A stretch of DNA of 64,000 nt from a virus. Location of the stretch: IMG/VR virus record IMGVR_UViG_3300008050_000036, positions 1 through 64,000 of that record; one strand, given 5' to 3'. The notes under the pieces were generated by a model. It had not been told where the DNA came from. It was given only the letters and a program-made list of their open reading frames with translations, and did no database searches. This document shows, one piece after another, positions 48,711 through 57,786 of this stretch. Numbering within the stretch: the stretch's first letter is position 1; each line of letters begins with the position of its first letter. The position numbers and the translations under genes were made by a program.

Positions 48711-50012
48711 TCAACTCTCTTGCCATCCTTGAGGCAAGAGGCTATAATTAACATTGGGTTCTTCTTCTTGTGTCTTACCCATAAATTGTTTTAGCATACC
48801 TTGAGGTAATAATGATGTGTCGGCTGAGGCTAATTTATCTTGAAACTCAGGGCTAAAATTGCCTCTTGATTCTTCGTCAAACATATGAGAAGGTCGGGCA
48901 TTCATAAACTCCTTTGGTAAATCATCATCATTTTTACTAATTTTGAAGTTATCGTGTATAGCGAATGCGTTTGGATTATCAAATGGATTTGCGAATGGGT
49001 TTTGTGCTACGGACCAACTTTGAGCAAAGGCACTTTTATCCACTTCTGTTTCTTTAACACCCTCCACCCTACCATTCGGCTTTAGATGCGCTACTCGCTT
49101 TGCTTCTTTCCTTTTTCCTCGCCTTTCTTCAGCAGCATTTTTTTCTTCATCAGGAGTTATTGTTTGTTGAATGGGGCATTCTTCCTCTTTTTTTGTTTCT
49201 GATGGTGTTGCTGCTGGTGGTGGTGTTGCTGCCGGTGGTGTTTCTGTTGGTGTTGCCGGTGGTGCTGCTGCTGGTGGTGTTTCTGTTGGTGTTGCCGGTG
49301 GTGCTGGTTCTTGAGGGGGTTTCAGCCTATTCATAACTTTTCTCGCGTCACTTGCATGAAGTGTGGTTTCTATGTTATTATCTTTAGGAGGGTTCAGCCT
49401 ATTCATAACTTTTCTCGCCTCATTTGTGGTTTCTATGTTATTATTTTTTATTTTTGTTTTACGGTCAGGTGGTCGTTGAACGGGTCGTTGGAGAGCGGGG
49501 CTACCGGTGGATGCCTCAACTGTTGGTGTTTCTGCTGCTCCGCGCCGCAGGGCTAATAAACGCTGTAAAGCCGCATGTCGTGTGTCGTCTGATACATTTC
49601 GCCCTCTACCACCCCCAAAACGCCCAGTAATGGCGTTTTTCACTTTTCCGGCTATTCTCCTTAAGGTGTGTGGTGAGCCTTGACCTTCAGTAGTATTCCC
49701 AACCGCCGCCCCAAATCTTCCTAATAATGATGGGCCACGTGGGGTTTGTGGTATTGGTTTATTTTGGTGTAGTGCATTGAAGCGGGGCCACCGGCCACCT
49801 TCCTCTTTGTTTTCAAGATATTGTTGTAAATGAGGGTAGCGAGGGGTGGGTGGGGCTTTAGACAAAGGAACATTTGCTTGTTCTTTTTGTAAATTATCCC
49901 ACACATAATTGAAAATAATATCAGAAGATGGTTCTTTACGCAATTGTGTTTTGCCCACCATTTCACTACGGGCTTTCAATAGCAAGTCGTCATATTTATC
50001 CATAATTAACAC
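48711..50012 (-). CDS. Low-complexity Pro/Thr-rich putative internal head protein
   Basis: Internal repeats; FNYVWDNLQK and AFAQSWSV tag-like segments; SLLPQG occurs twice. Confidence 0.65.
   Translation of the reverse strand: MLIMDKYDDLLLKARSEMVGKTQLRKEPSSDIIFNYVWDNLQKEQANVPLSKAPPTPRYPHLQQYLENKEEGGRWPRFNALHQNKPIPQTPRGPSLLGRFGAAVGNTTEGQGSPHTLRRIAGKVKNAITGRFGGGRGRNVSDDTRHAALQRLLALRRGAAETPTVEASTGSPALQRPVQRPPDRKTKIKNNNIETTNEARKVMNRLNPPKDNNIETTLHASDARKVMNRLKPPQEPAPPATPTETPPAAAPPATPTETPPAATPPPAATPSETKKEEECPIQQTITPDEEKNAAEERRGKRKEAKRVAHLKPNGRVEGVKETEVDKSAFAQSWSVAQNPFANPFDNPNAFAIHDNFKISKNDDDLPKEFMNARPSHMFDEESRGNFSPEFQDKLASADTSLLPQGMLKQFMGKTQEEEPNVNYSLLPQGWQES
49203..49443. repeat. Intragenic repeats (PPATPTETPPAA x2; NNIETT..ARKVMNRLxPP x2)
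   Basis: Duplicated GGTTCAGCCTATTCATAACTTTTCTCGC-type and GGTGGTGTTTCTGTTGGTGTTGCCGGTGGTGCTG blocks. Confidence 0.85.
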
Positions 50013-50014
50013 CT

Positions 50015-50959
50015 TTAATTGGTTTCCTCATTAAGTGTCTTTCTAATTAAAATGTGTTCCATACCTTTGTGAATACGGTCATGTGAGTCCATCATATCAT
50101 CTTCACTTCTTGTAATCCTACCAGTAGTAGCCATTTCATTTATTTGATTTCTCCCCTTTCTTCGTTGATTCCATGCCCATGCGTTGCTCAATCCAATTGT
50201 GCCAAGCAGCCCAAGAAGCCCTCCGCCACCTTGTTGTGATTGTTTATGCGCTTGCGCTAATTGAAGTTGTTGTGCTTGTTGTTGTGCTGCCCCTTGTGGT
50301 GTTGCCCCTGCTTGTTGTGGTGTTGCCCCTGCTTGTTGTGGTGCTGCCCCTGCTTGTTGTTGTGCTGCTGGTGGTAAAGGTTGCCCTCCACCGGGGGCAG
50401 GGTTCATGGTATTCAATAGGTTTTGGTTGCCCTCCTGAATGCGGTTTTTTTGAGCAAGACCCTGAACTGCTGTATTGCCTTGTCGCCCACCCCATAATTC
50501 TGCGCCAATTTGGTTTGCACCCTTGCCCTGTGTGTTGATTCCCTGTTGTTGAGCATATGCTATTTGTGCATCGGGGGTTAATTGTCTAAAACTCTCAGCA
50601 TCTATTGAATCTTTAGTGGTTCGGCCATAATTATTTGGCCCTGCTGGCCCTGCTGGTGGTGCTGGTGGTGCTGGTGGCGGTGGTGGCGGTGGTGATGGTG
50701 GTGGACCCGCCAACGGCGGTGATGGTGGTGGACCCGCCAACGGCGGTGATGGTGGTGGACCCGCCAACGGCGGTGATGGTGGTGGTGGACCCGCCGAATT
50801 AGGATTTAAGGTGTCTGGTGAGCCAGTCGCAGCAGCAGAACCCTTTATTGGTTTTAGCCCTAAAGCACCGTGTATGATATTATTTTTTTGAATCCGCATT
50901 TGTCTTGCTCTCGCAAGTGCTATTCTATCAATTCCGAACTCACGGCGTTTATCAATCAT
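50015..50959 (-). CDS. Pro/Gln-rich low-complexity protein
   Basis: GPPPSPPLA x3 and QQAGATP x3; hydrophobic GGLLGLLGTIGL segment. Confidence 0.7.
   Translation of the reverse strand: MIDKRREFGIDRIALARARQMRIQKNNIIHGALGLKPIKGSAAATGSPDTLNPNSAGPPPPSPPLAGPPPSPPLAGPPPSPPLAGPPPSPPPPPPPAPPAPPAGPAGPNNYGRTTKDSIDAESFRQLTPDAQIAYAQQQGINTQGKGANQIGAELWGGRQGNTAVQGLAQKNRIQEGNQNLLNTMNPAPGGGQPLPPAAQQQAGAAPQQAGATPQQAGATPQGAAQQQAQQLQLAQAHKQSQQGGGGLLGLLGTIGLSNAWAWNQRRKGRNQINEMATTGRITRSEDDMMDSHDRIHKGMEHILIRKTLNEETN
50691..50795. repeat. 27-bp tandem repeat x3 plus a partial copy
   Basis: GGTGATGGTGGTGGACCCGCCAACGGC at 50691, 50718 and 50745. Confidence 0.9.
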
Positions 50960-52776
50960 CTAAAACTCACCTTTACCAATTCCACATATTCTACTGGTAT
51001 ATCCATTGACTTAGCCATTTCTCGCCAATCGCCTTTACTATTTAATATGGCTACAACATCAGAAGAAGGGCGGTGTATTTTACCTGCCATGAAAGTAATA
51101 TCGCTTGCGTTGTCATATTGCATATTGGTATTGGGCAACATTTTAACTATCTTTTCATTTTGCATAGCCATATCATATTGAACATTCTCTAAAGCCATTT
51201 CAATTTCTTCTTTTGTAAAGAAGTTATACAGGTGTCCTACCCCTGTTCCTACCTTTTCTGCGAGTCTTTCAGCCATGCCTCTCCATCCTTCAGAATAATG
51301 TGGCGCACTACCTGTGCTACCTGACGCAATAGGTTGCACTTGATTAGTATTTAGGTTAAAAGAAGGTTGTTGGGGTATGTTTGGGGGTAAAGGGATATTC
51401 ACCGGTGGTGCTGGTCTTTGTCGTGCTACGGGTGGTGCTGGCCCTTGTCGTGCTACGGGTGGTGCTGATGAAGAAGGGGGTGGTGGTCTATTCGGCACTT
51501 CCCCTTGAGGGGGGTTTGCCATTGAGGGGGGTTGATGTTGCACCTGAGTAGTTTTCGGCGGTGCTACACCACCCTCCCAACCAGCCAAAGAAGCCAAACC
51601 AACTCTTAGTGCTTCAATTTGGTGTAGGTTGTTGCCCCCTGCACCAAATCGCTCTCGCCCTATTCTCATAATTTCTTGGGGCGGGGGCATATCTCTTAAT
51701 CCGTGATGTGCGCCAAATTGACCTGCTAATACACTTTTATAATGAGCAGGATTAGACCACGCTCTCCCTCCCCTCTCATCGGGAACTAACGATACACCAT
51801 AACGGTCATTATCGGTATGTTCATTGAAATATGCTTTCCAACCATCATCTGCTTGGGTGCGTTGTTGTAAGGCGGCTTCTGCGGCATCAGGTTGAGCAGG
51901 TGCAACATTAGCCATTTCATTATTGCGAATGTTATAATGAGAATCAATTGGTGTGTGTTGGTGGGGTAAATGGTTGCGGAGAATATCGTGATTAACCCAT
52001 TTGTCGCGAATTAGGTCAGGGGTAATTTGTTGCCCCGTTAATGATAATTCCCTCATCATAGAAATAATATGTTTGTAGGCTTCGTGGTTAATATATACGC
52101 TATGTGGTTGCGCCCTATGGCTTTCTATGAAATGTTTTGTTCCACCGCTATGCCCTTGTGCTTTTCTTACTTCACTGAGTCCTTCGCTATATGGTCTTGC
52201 CCATGATTCCGCCATCATGTTTTCTTTATCACGATTACCTATGCGGATTTGGGGAACTCCGTAAGCATCCATTTGCCAAGCCTTTTTTTTATCCATTGGC
52301 CCCCAAACACCTTCGGCCCATTTTTTATTTAGGATATAATGGCCCAAATCGCTATCAAAAGCATGAGGTAGGGGCATTGGTATATTTTCATCGGTCTTAC
52401 CTTCACTATGGCGTTTGGCTCTATCTTGTTCCCACTTGGCGTTTTGTAAATCAATTGCTTGGTTGATAGTAGGCGCACCTGCGCTAATGCCCCGTTGTAA
52501 TGCTTGCATGTAGGCTTCTTCTTGCCCTTGTTGTGGCCCTGCGTGAATTATCATAGCATCTTCTCTCGATATTAAACCTTGATAAATAGCCTCCCAAACG
52601 GCATCTGCTTCAACCCCTCTTAGATTACCTCCACCAATATCTCCACTTGGTATAGGGAATTGTTCTAAGCCATTAGGACCAGCATTGGCCGCTAATTGTT
52701 GTAGTAATGTTTCAAAATCAAAATGCCCCATCCCTTTAATGAGGGTGCATCTATCAATGATAGCCCAAGCATTCAT
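50956..52776 (-). CDS. Hypothetical putative internal head protein (606 aa)
   Basis: Coupled ORF; LIKG and FTKE sites; PPVARQxPA repeats. Confidence 0.7.
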   Translation of the reverse strand: MNAWAIIDRCTLIKGMGHFDFETLLQQLAANAGPNGLEQFPIPSGDIGGGNLRGVEADAVWEAIYQGLISREDAMIIHAGPQQGQEEAYMQALQRGISAGAPTINQAIDLQNAKWEQDRAKRHSEGKTDENIPMPLPHAFDSDLGHYILNKKWAEGVWGPMDKKKAWQMDAYGVPQIRIGNRDKENMMAESWARPYSEGLSEVRKAQGHSGGTKHFIESHRAQPHSVYINHEAYKHIISMMRELSLTGQQITPDLIRDKWVNHDILRNHLPHQHTPIDSHYNIRNNEMANVAPAQPDAAEAALQQRTQADDGWKAYFNEHTDNDRYGVSLVPDERGGRAWSNPAHYKSVLAGQFGAHHGLRDMPPPQEIMRIGRERFGAGGNNLHQIEALRVGLASLAGWEGGVAPPKTTQVQHQPPSMANPPQGEVPNRPPPPSSSAPPVARQGPAPPVARQRPAPPVNIPLPPNIPQQPSFNLNTNQVQPIASGSTGSAPHYSEGWRGMAERLAEKVGTGVGHLYNFFTKEEIEMALENVQYDMAMQNEKIVKMLPNTNMQYDNASDITFMAGKIHRPSSDVVAILNSKGDWREMAKSMDIPVEYVELVKVSFR

Positions 52777-54518
52777 TTTTTACCCACCAAACCTATTTCT
52801 TGGGCGGCTGCTACATCACCGAAGCGATAAGCAGAAGTTTCTTCTTCACGAATTAAAGATTGGTCGCCGGGCGCAGTAGCAACTTCTTTGTTTGCTTGAC
52901 CTCCCCGTTTAGCCGCTGAACCTAATTCGGGAGTGGCTTTCTTCAATCCCTCTACAATTTTGAGCAATTTTTTCAAATCCCGCTTCAAAGCCAATATATC
53001 AGACCTGCTAAAGTTTTTCCAATCTTTAGCAGATATTTGCATATCTGCTCTTTTTTCAAGCATTTTGAGGGGGTCGCCCCCTAATGGGTCGCCTATAAGT
53101 GAACCACTTTCTTTGTTTTTTCCTTTGAAATGTGACAGTGAAGTGCCTTTACTGGATGATGGTTGAGAAGGCATTTTAGTGCCTTTGCCCCCCAAACCTA
53201 TTGTTTGAACTTTCATTGCATCAGTTAATCCCCCTGCTGCCCCACGGTGTCCCGTCATATGGCGTGGTAATGCCCCCGTTTGACGAGCCATTTTCTCATT
53301 AGCCAATTTGCGTTGATATGCTATTGGGTCACGGAGTCTAAGGGGGATTGCCTTTGACCGCGGGTTGCCCCCCATCATGCGCCGTGGGTGAACTTGCCGT
53401 TTTGTTTCACGCGATACATTTTGTTCAGCCGCACCAGCCCTTCTTGCAGTAATGCCTTTTATGTCACGGCTTCCTCTTTTTTTCTTATCTTTCATCTTAC
53501 GCTTACGCTTGCGCTTGCGCTTGGCTTTAGACTTTTTTTCTTCTTCATCAGATTCTTCATCGGAGTCATACCTCCGACCACGTGTTTTGCGTTTTCCTTT
53601 TACAATGTCACCAATGAATGGTGGGTCTGCCGAAGCGTTTTTCTGTTGCCAATTATTACTTGATTCCTTACTATTTCCAAAATCATAAATCCCTGCATCT
53701 AACTCATTGATTCGCCCAGTATCATCATAATTAGGGTCATCTACAAAATCATCAGGTAATTTGCTGGCGGCGGGAACAGCCGCATGTGCTGGTGTAAATG
53801 CAAGCCATTTAAGTTTGTCAAGAGGGGGTGCATCTTTCAATTTTTTATATGGTGCTAAATAATCATTAGCCAAATTAGTAAATTGTTCGGGGGAAGGCGC
53901 GCTACCCTGTTCTTCTAAAAAACGAGCAATCGTTTCACCATCAACTGCGCCTCCTACTACTGCGTTTTTATTACCATCACCTGCAATAAACCCCTGACCA
54001 AACCTCCGTGGGTTTTTATCATATTCTTCACGTAATCGCTCTATTATATGTTCTTCTAAAGGATTATCCTTAACAATAGACCAAGCATCTTCAAAGGCAT
54101 CATTACTACGCCCAAAAATCATCCCCGGTCCTTCTCTTGAAATAGGTCCTACATTAGCCCCTGTTGAAACACCAATACCCCTTAAATGCCCCATATCTAC
54201 CCCAAGACCACTTTCTAATAATTCGCTTTCGCCATTAGTCATTGGTGTATTATCAATAGTCGCCTCAATTTCTTCGGGGTCAAGACTAATGTGTGGTATG
54301 CCGCCTTCTAATTCTTTGAAGGCTCTTTCTTTACGTGCTTTAGGGTCCCGTTGCTCAATACTTTCATTTGAAGCGGCTTCACGGTTATGATGTGATAAAC
54401 CATCAGCATCTTCATTGGGGTTCACATCATAGTCACCGACCATTTCACGGGGATGAAAGCCCCCAGTGAACTCTTGGACCCTAAGTGTATCATCAACACC
54501 TCTTGGTGATTTAGGCAT
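52773..54518 (-). CDS. Hypothetical protein with acidic N-half, basic C-half and the AFxxAWxIVK tag
   Basis: SNDAFEDAWSIVK; KRKRKRKRK tract. Confidence 0.7.
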   Translation of the reverse strand: MPKSPRGVDDTLRVQEFTGGFHPREMVGDYDVNPNEDADGLSHHNREAASNESIEQRDPKARKERAFKELEGGIPHISLDPEEIEATIDNTPMTNGESELLESGLGVDMGHLRGIGVSTGANVGPISREGPGMIFGRSNDAFEDAWSIVKDNPLEEHIIERLREEYDKNPRRFGQGFIAGDGNKNAVVGGAVDGETIARFLEEQGSAPSPEQFTNLANDYLAPYKKLKDAPPLDKLKWLAFTPAHAAVPAASKLPDDFVDDPNYDDTGRINELDAGIYDFGNSKESSNNWQQKNASADPPFIGDIVKGKRKTRGRRYDSDEESDEEEKKSKAKRKRKRKRKMKDKKKRGSRDIKGITARRAGAAEQNVSRETKRQVHPRRMMGGNPRSKAIPLRLRDPIAYQRKLANEKMARQTGALPRHMTGHRGAAGGLTDAMKVQTIGLGGKGTKMPSQPSSSKGTSLSHFKGKNKESGSLIGDPLGGDPLKMLEKRADMQISAKDWKNFSRSDILALKRDLKKLLKIVEGLKKATPELGSAAKRGGQANKEVATAPGDQSLIREEETSAYRFGDVAAAQEIGLVGKK

Positions 54519-54936
54519 GACGATAACTCCTTAAATCTTCATAAGCCAGTATTACCTTTTGTGGTAATGTCAAATACCATTCTGCTAATGACGGCATTTT
54601 ACCATATACTAAACCCAACGGTAAGAATGAAAGCACCAAATTAGAAAGTATTTTTTCAGATTCAAGAACTCCTACTTGTGGAGTCTTTTGTGCTAAATCG
54701 TGAAAAAGCATCCTAACAAGAGCAATACTACCAAAGGCAGATGAGGTCACTTCTTTTTCACACATTATACCAAAAGCCCCTGTTCCTATGGACCATTTAC
54801 TTACTACTGCTTCTAAAGCATCACAAAGATGGTAGGCTTCTTTTATTGAGCCGATTATCTCTTTACCGTGTAAAGCCACTTCATAATCGCTACCTTTGAG
54901 CATAAGCGAAAGAATAGATTGATATTTTTTTGACAT
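54511..54936 (-). CDS. Hypothetical protein
   Basis: Coupled ORF with an MLKG site near the N-terminus. Confidence 0.6.
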   Translation of the reverse strand: MSKKYQSILSLMLKGSDYEVALHGKEIIGSIKEAYHLCDALEAVVSKWSIGTGAFGIMCEKEVTSSAFGSIALVRMLFHDLAQKTPQVGVLESEKILSNLVLSFLPLGLVYGKMPSLAEWYLTLPQKVILAYEDLRSYRHA

Positions 54937-54966
54937 TTCAATCCCTGCTTTGTAGTAGTCTACGAT

Positions 54967-55344
54967 TCAAAATATAACCCTTACACTATTCCCACAAAGG
55001 GGGCATTCATAATACGGTTCAACGCCTCCCGTTGCCTTTCTTGCCACTTTTTTCATTGGGTAATTGTGACAATTAGCGCAATCAACCTTGTTTGAATGTG
55101 GTCGTGGCATTTGAGCCATCAAGTGTTCTTGTTCATCTTCACCTTTCAGCACAGACCAGCCTATGCGGGATGCTCGGTCATTTGACTTCTTTTTATCAGA
55201 ATCAAACGCCAATTTATCTTTATGGTGTTCACCTTGCTCAAAATCTCGGTCACGGTTTGCTGTATCGGTTTCATCTTTACAAGTAGGGCAAAGGCCGCTT
55301 TCACACTCCCTACATTCTTCATTACAATCTTCACATTTAGCCAT
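54967..55344 (-). CDS. Cys-rich tagged mini-protein D
   Basis: CEDC..CREC..CPTC, SNDRASRIGWSVLK, CANC..CPLC; ATG 55344. Confidence 0.7.
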   Translation of the reverse strand: MAKCEDCNEECRECESGLCPTCKDETDTANRDRDFEQGEHHKDKLAFDSDKKKSNDRASRIGWSVLKGEDEQEHLMAQMPRPHSNKVDCANCHNYPMKKVARKATGGVEPYYECPLCGNSVRVIF

Positions 55345-55346
55345 CT

Positions 55347-55487
55347 TCAATCCCTCTCCGTTGTTCCGCAAGTTCGGCATCTGCGTGTGCCATCTTTTCT
55401 TTCAACCATGCGTTTATTATCACAGCATTGGTCTTTCACCACAGACCAACCTGTGCGGAATGCTCGGTCATTGGACTTTTCGGTCAT
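55347..55487 (-). CDS. Cys-rich tagged mini-protein C (46 aa, not in ORF track)
   Basis: MTEKSNDRAFRTGWSVVKDQCCDNKRMVERKDGTRRCRTCGTTERD; ATGA overlap. Confidence 0.7.
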   Translation of the reverse strand: MTEKSNDRAFRTGWSVVKDQCCDNKRMVERKDGTRRCRTCGTTERD

Positions 55488-55627
55488 AGAATACCCCCCC
55501 AACAATCGTCACCGCAACATTCAGAACACATCCCACATTCTAAACAAGAAGCATCTTCATCACAATCAGGACATTTTCTCGCTTTTGCTTTCACCACAGC
55601 CCAACCTATGCGGAATGCTTCACCCAT
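55484..55627 (-). CDS. Cys-rich tagged mini-protein B (47 aa, not in ORF track)
   Basis: MGEAFRIGWAVVKAKARKCPDCDEDASCLECGMCSECCGDDCWGGIL. Confidence 0.7.
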   Translation of the reverse strand: MGEAFRIGWAVVKAKARKCPDCDEDASCLECGMCSECCGDDCWGGIL

Positions 55628-55629
55628 CT

Positions 55630-55911
55630 TCAAGCACCCCCTTTTGGTATGCAATCAGGATTAGCACAAGCACGATTTCTGCTCGGCCCTTGTGGTAATC
55701 CACATCTATTACAATTCCATGTCCCTACCTTTCCTTTTCCTGTTTTGGGGTCTGTTCCGTGAGGATGACCTTTCACCACAGCCCAACCTGTGCGGAATGC
55801 TTTGCTAACATCACACTTCGGGCAATAAGATTCAGAAATACCACCGACACCACCCCCTCTATGGGTTTGGGTCATTGGCCCTTTACATTTTCTGCACACC
55901 TTTTCACCCAT
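55630..55911 (-). CDS. Cys-rich tagged mini-protein A (93 aa)
   Basis: CRKC..CPKC, SKAFRTGWAVVK, CNRC..C..C; ATG 55911 after a GGGGTG RBS. Confidence 0.7.
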   Translation of the reverse strand: MGEKVCRKCKGPMTQTHRGGGVGGISESYCPKCDVSKAFRTGWAVVKGHPHGTDPKTGKGKVGTWNCNRCGLPQGPSRNRACANPDCIPKGGA

Positions 55912-56614
55912 CTTCAAGCACCCCCGCATCAGCCAAAGCCTTACGCATAACTCGCCATTCATCAGGCGATTTCTCGGAGAAATGGGCTTGAATAACCGTA
56001 AGAACTGATACTTGTTCATTAGAACCTATACTTTCAGCCTTTTCGATGTATTCGGCAATATCTGTTAATGTATCGCGTATTTCGCGGTGCATTTTTACGG
56101 CGGTGTCTAATCCTCTATAATCCAGTATGCCTTCGTCATTTCTTTCTTCTTCAAGCATACTTACATGAGAATTGAATAAAGAATTGAGGCGTTGGAGGTT
56201 ATTTTCGGTTTGTATCATAGCCCCTCGCACACTACTCAAAGCGGCTGGCAATACCTCCATTTCCACTTGCCGTTGGATAATGGGTGCTGTGTGCATTTCA
56301 ATGTGGTGTTCTACATTACTTGAGGTCATTTCCAAATCAAGTGCCATATCAGCAGCACTAACCAAACCATTCATTACGGCTTCCTCAATGTTAGCCCTTT
56401 CAGGGTGTGTGCATAAAGGGCATTGTGAATTACTATTATTATGATATTCACCGGAATGTCGCCTCATATGACGGTGAGCAGTGCCTTCTGCCCATATTTT
56501 ATTAGCATCTAAATCAACTACATCTAAAACACCAGTGCGTATGCGTTCTTCGTAGCCATCCCGTTCAGGGTGCATACAAAAGGGACAATTGCGCCTTGTC
56601 TTACGACCTACCAT
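55904..56614 (-). CDS. Putative terminase small subunit / DNA-binding protein
   Basis: Two CPxCxHPER..E..HTH-like..H repeats followed by a coiled coil; heads the morphogenesis run. Confidence 0.5.
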   Translation of the reverse strand: MVGRKTRRNCPFCMHPERDGYEERIRTGVLDVVDLDANKIWAEGTAHRHMRRHSGEYHNNSNSQCPLCTHPERANIEEAVMNGLVSAADMALDLEMTSSNVEHHIEMHTAPIIQRQVEMEVLPAALSSVRGAMIQTENNLQRLNSLFNSHVSMLEEERNDEGILDYRGLDTAVKMHREIRDTLTDIAEYIEKAESIGSNEQVSVLTVIQAHFSEKSPDEWRVMRKALADAGVLEDG

Positions 56615-56652
56615 TATTTAAGCGCATACCGTTGCACTTTAAGGCTCTTATG

Positions 56653-56850
56653 CTATTTTTTGGTATGAACATTACAAAATTGACCGTTCCCCATCTTACC
56701 ATTCCTACACCTTTTACCACTTTTAGTAATCGCTACGCAAACCGTTGGTGTTTCGTCATCAACTACTGGTGGTTGTATTTTAGGGGGTTCAATATACTGA
56801 ACTGGTTGATAGGCAGGGTATTGGTAATTGTTAATACCGAAAGGCGGCAA
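56653..56850 (-). CDS. Small protein with C-terminal CCCH Zn finger
   Basis: CVAITKSGKRCRN..FCNVH; Pro/Tyr/Gln-rich N-terminus. Confidence 0.7.
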   Translation of the reverse strand: MPPFGINNYQYPAYQPVQYIEPPKIQPPVVDDETPTVCVAITKSGKRCRNGKMGNGQFCNVHTKK

Positions 56851-57091
56851 ACTGCCGGACCGCCAGCGTAATAGTGAGTATTAAACCAAAAAACAAAGCC
56901 ATCATTTCACTTGTTCCTAAAGAGGGTCCTTTCCAAAGTAAAACGGTGAAGGTAAAGAGCATAAATGCAAGAATATAAATCATAGTAGCCCCTTCAACAA
57001 GCATTTTATTTGGGCTTAATAAATCAACAGTCGCACTCGACCAACTAATTTCCCCTTGAACGGCAGAATCATTTTTGTTATCATTTTTCAT
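56831..57091 (-). CDS. Two-helix membrane protein
   Basis: MIYILAFMLFTFTVLLW and MMALFFGLILTITLAV; GAGGTGA RBS. Confidence 0.75.
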   Translation of the reverse strand: MKNDNKNDSAVQGEISWSSATVDLLSPNKMLVEGATMIYILAFMLFTFTVLLWKGPSLGTSEMMALFFGLILTITLAVRQFAAFRY

Positions 57092-57100
57092 ATTTTCACC

Positions 57101-57775
57101 TCAAAGTATGGCTGCCCCTTTAGCGGCCATTCCTACACCTTGCCCTACCGTAGCACCAAAACCACCTTGTTGTTGCACTGCATTACCCATCATGCCCCCT
57201 ATTAAATTACCAAAGAAACCCGGTTGTTGTTGTGGATTCATTAACTGTTGTTGTAAAGCCCCTTGTTGGTGCGCTTGTAAAAACATTTGTTGTTGCTGTT
57301 GGTTGTTGTTTAATGTCTGTTGTGCAGAACTTTGCACTTTTTGTAATGTCAAAGCGAGGTTCTCAGGAGATAGTGTCGCTAAATTAGAAGGTAGGGAATT
57401 ACCATCTAATGTTATTTTACCGTCTGAATCAGTAATAAAACTCACACTCTTAAAGAACTCTTTAATTGAAAGCATCATTACTTCCCCTACTAAATCCATA
57501 ACCATAGCCATATTTTGACTCATCATAAATTGAGCCATTGGGTCATAGAGAGCAAGTAATTGAGCCGTAGCCACGATTGGGTCATTAGCGGCTTGTTGCA
57601 TCATGGGGTTTTGTGCTTGTTGCATCATACCAAGACCCCCCATACCACCTTGTTGCATTCCATAGCCGCCACCATAGCCTTGTTGCATTCCATAGCCATT
57701 CTGCTGCGCCGCTAAATTGGGCGCACCAAATTGTTGCGTTTCTTGTGTTTTATTTCCTCCAAAAAGCCAGCCCAT
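57101..57775 (-). CDS. Gln/Gly/Met-rich protein with N-terminal MGWLFGG
   Basis: GGTGA RBS; low-complexity ends around a central helical core. Confidence 0.75.
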   Translation of the reverse strand: MGWLFGGNKTQETQQFGAPNLAAQQNGYGMQQGYGGGYGMQQGGMGGLGMMQQAQNPMMQQAANDPIVATAQLLALYDPMAQFMMSQNMAMVMDLVGEVMMLSIKEFFKSVSFITDSDGKITLDGNSLPSNLATLSPENLALTLQKVQSSAQQTLNNNQQQQQMFLQAHQQGALQQQLMNPQQQPGFFGNLIGGMMGNAVQQQGGFGATVGQGVGMAAKGAAIL

Positions 57776-57786
57776 ATTATTTTCAC

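Larger units (their letters stand above)
55143..55924. repeat. Four dispersed ~30-45 bp repeats encoding the AFRxGWxVVK tag, plus a duplicated RBS/start junction
   Basis: CTTTCA[CG]CACAG[AC]CCA[AG]CCT[AG]TGCGG[AG]ATGCT at about 55143, 55434, 55588 and 55770. TTCACCCATCTTCAAGCACCCC at about 55619 and 55903. Confidence 0.85.

Noticed and set aside
55143-55924. CRISPR-like or attC-like array
   Set aside because: The repeats are degenerate, in-frame coding and separated by irregular ~110-250 bp stretches. They are not palindromic, and no cas or integrase gene is nearby.
56831-57091. Holin call for the 2-TM proteins
   Set aside because: Topology alone is insufficient and no endolysin is present. 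They are kept as membrane proteins of the GTPase cluster.
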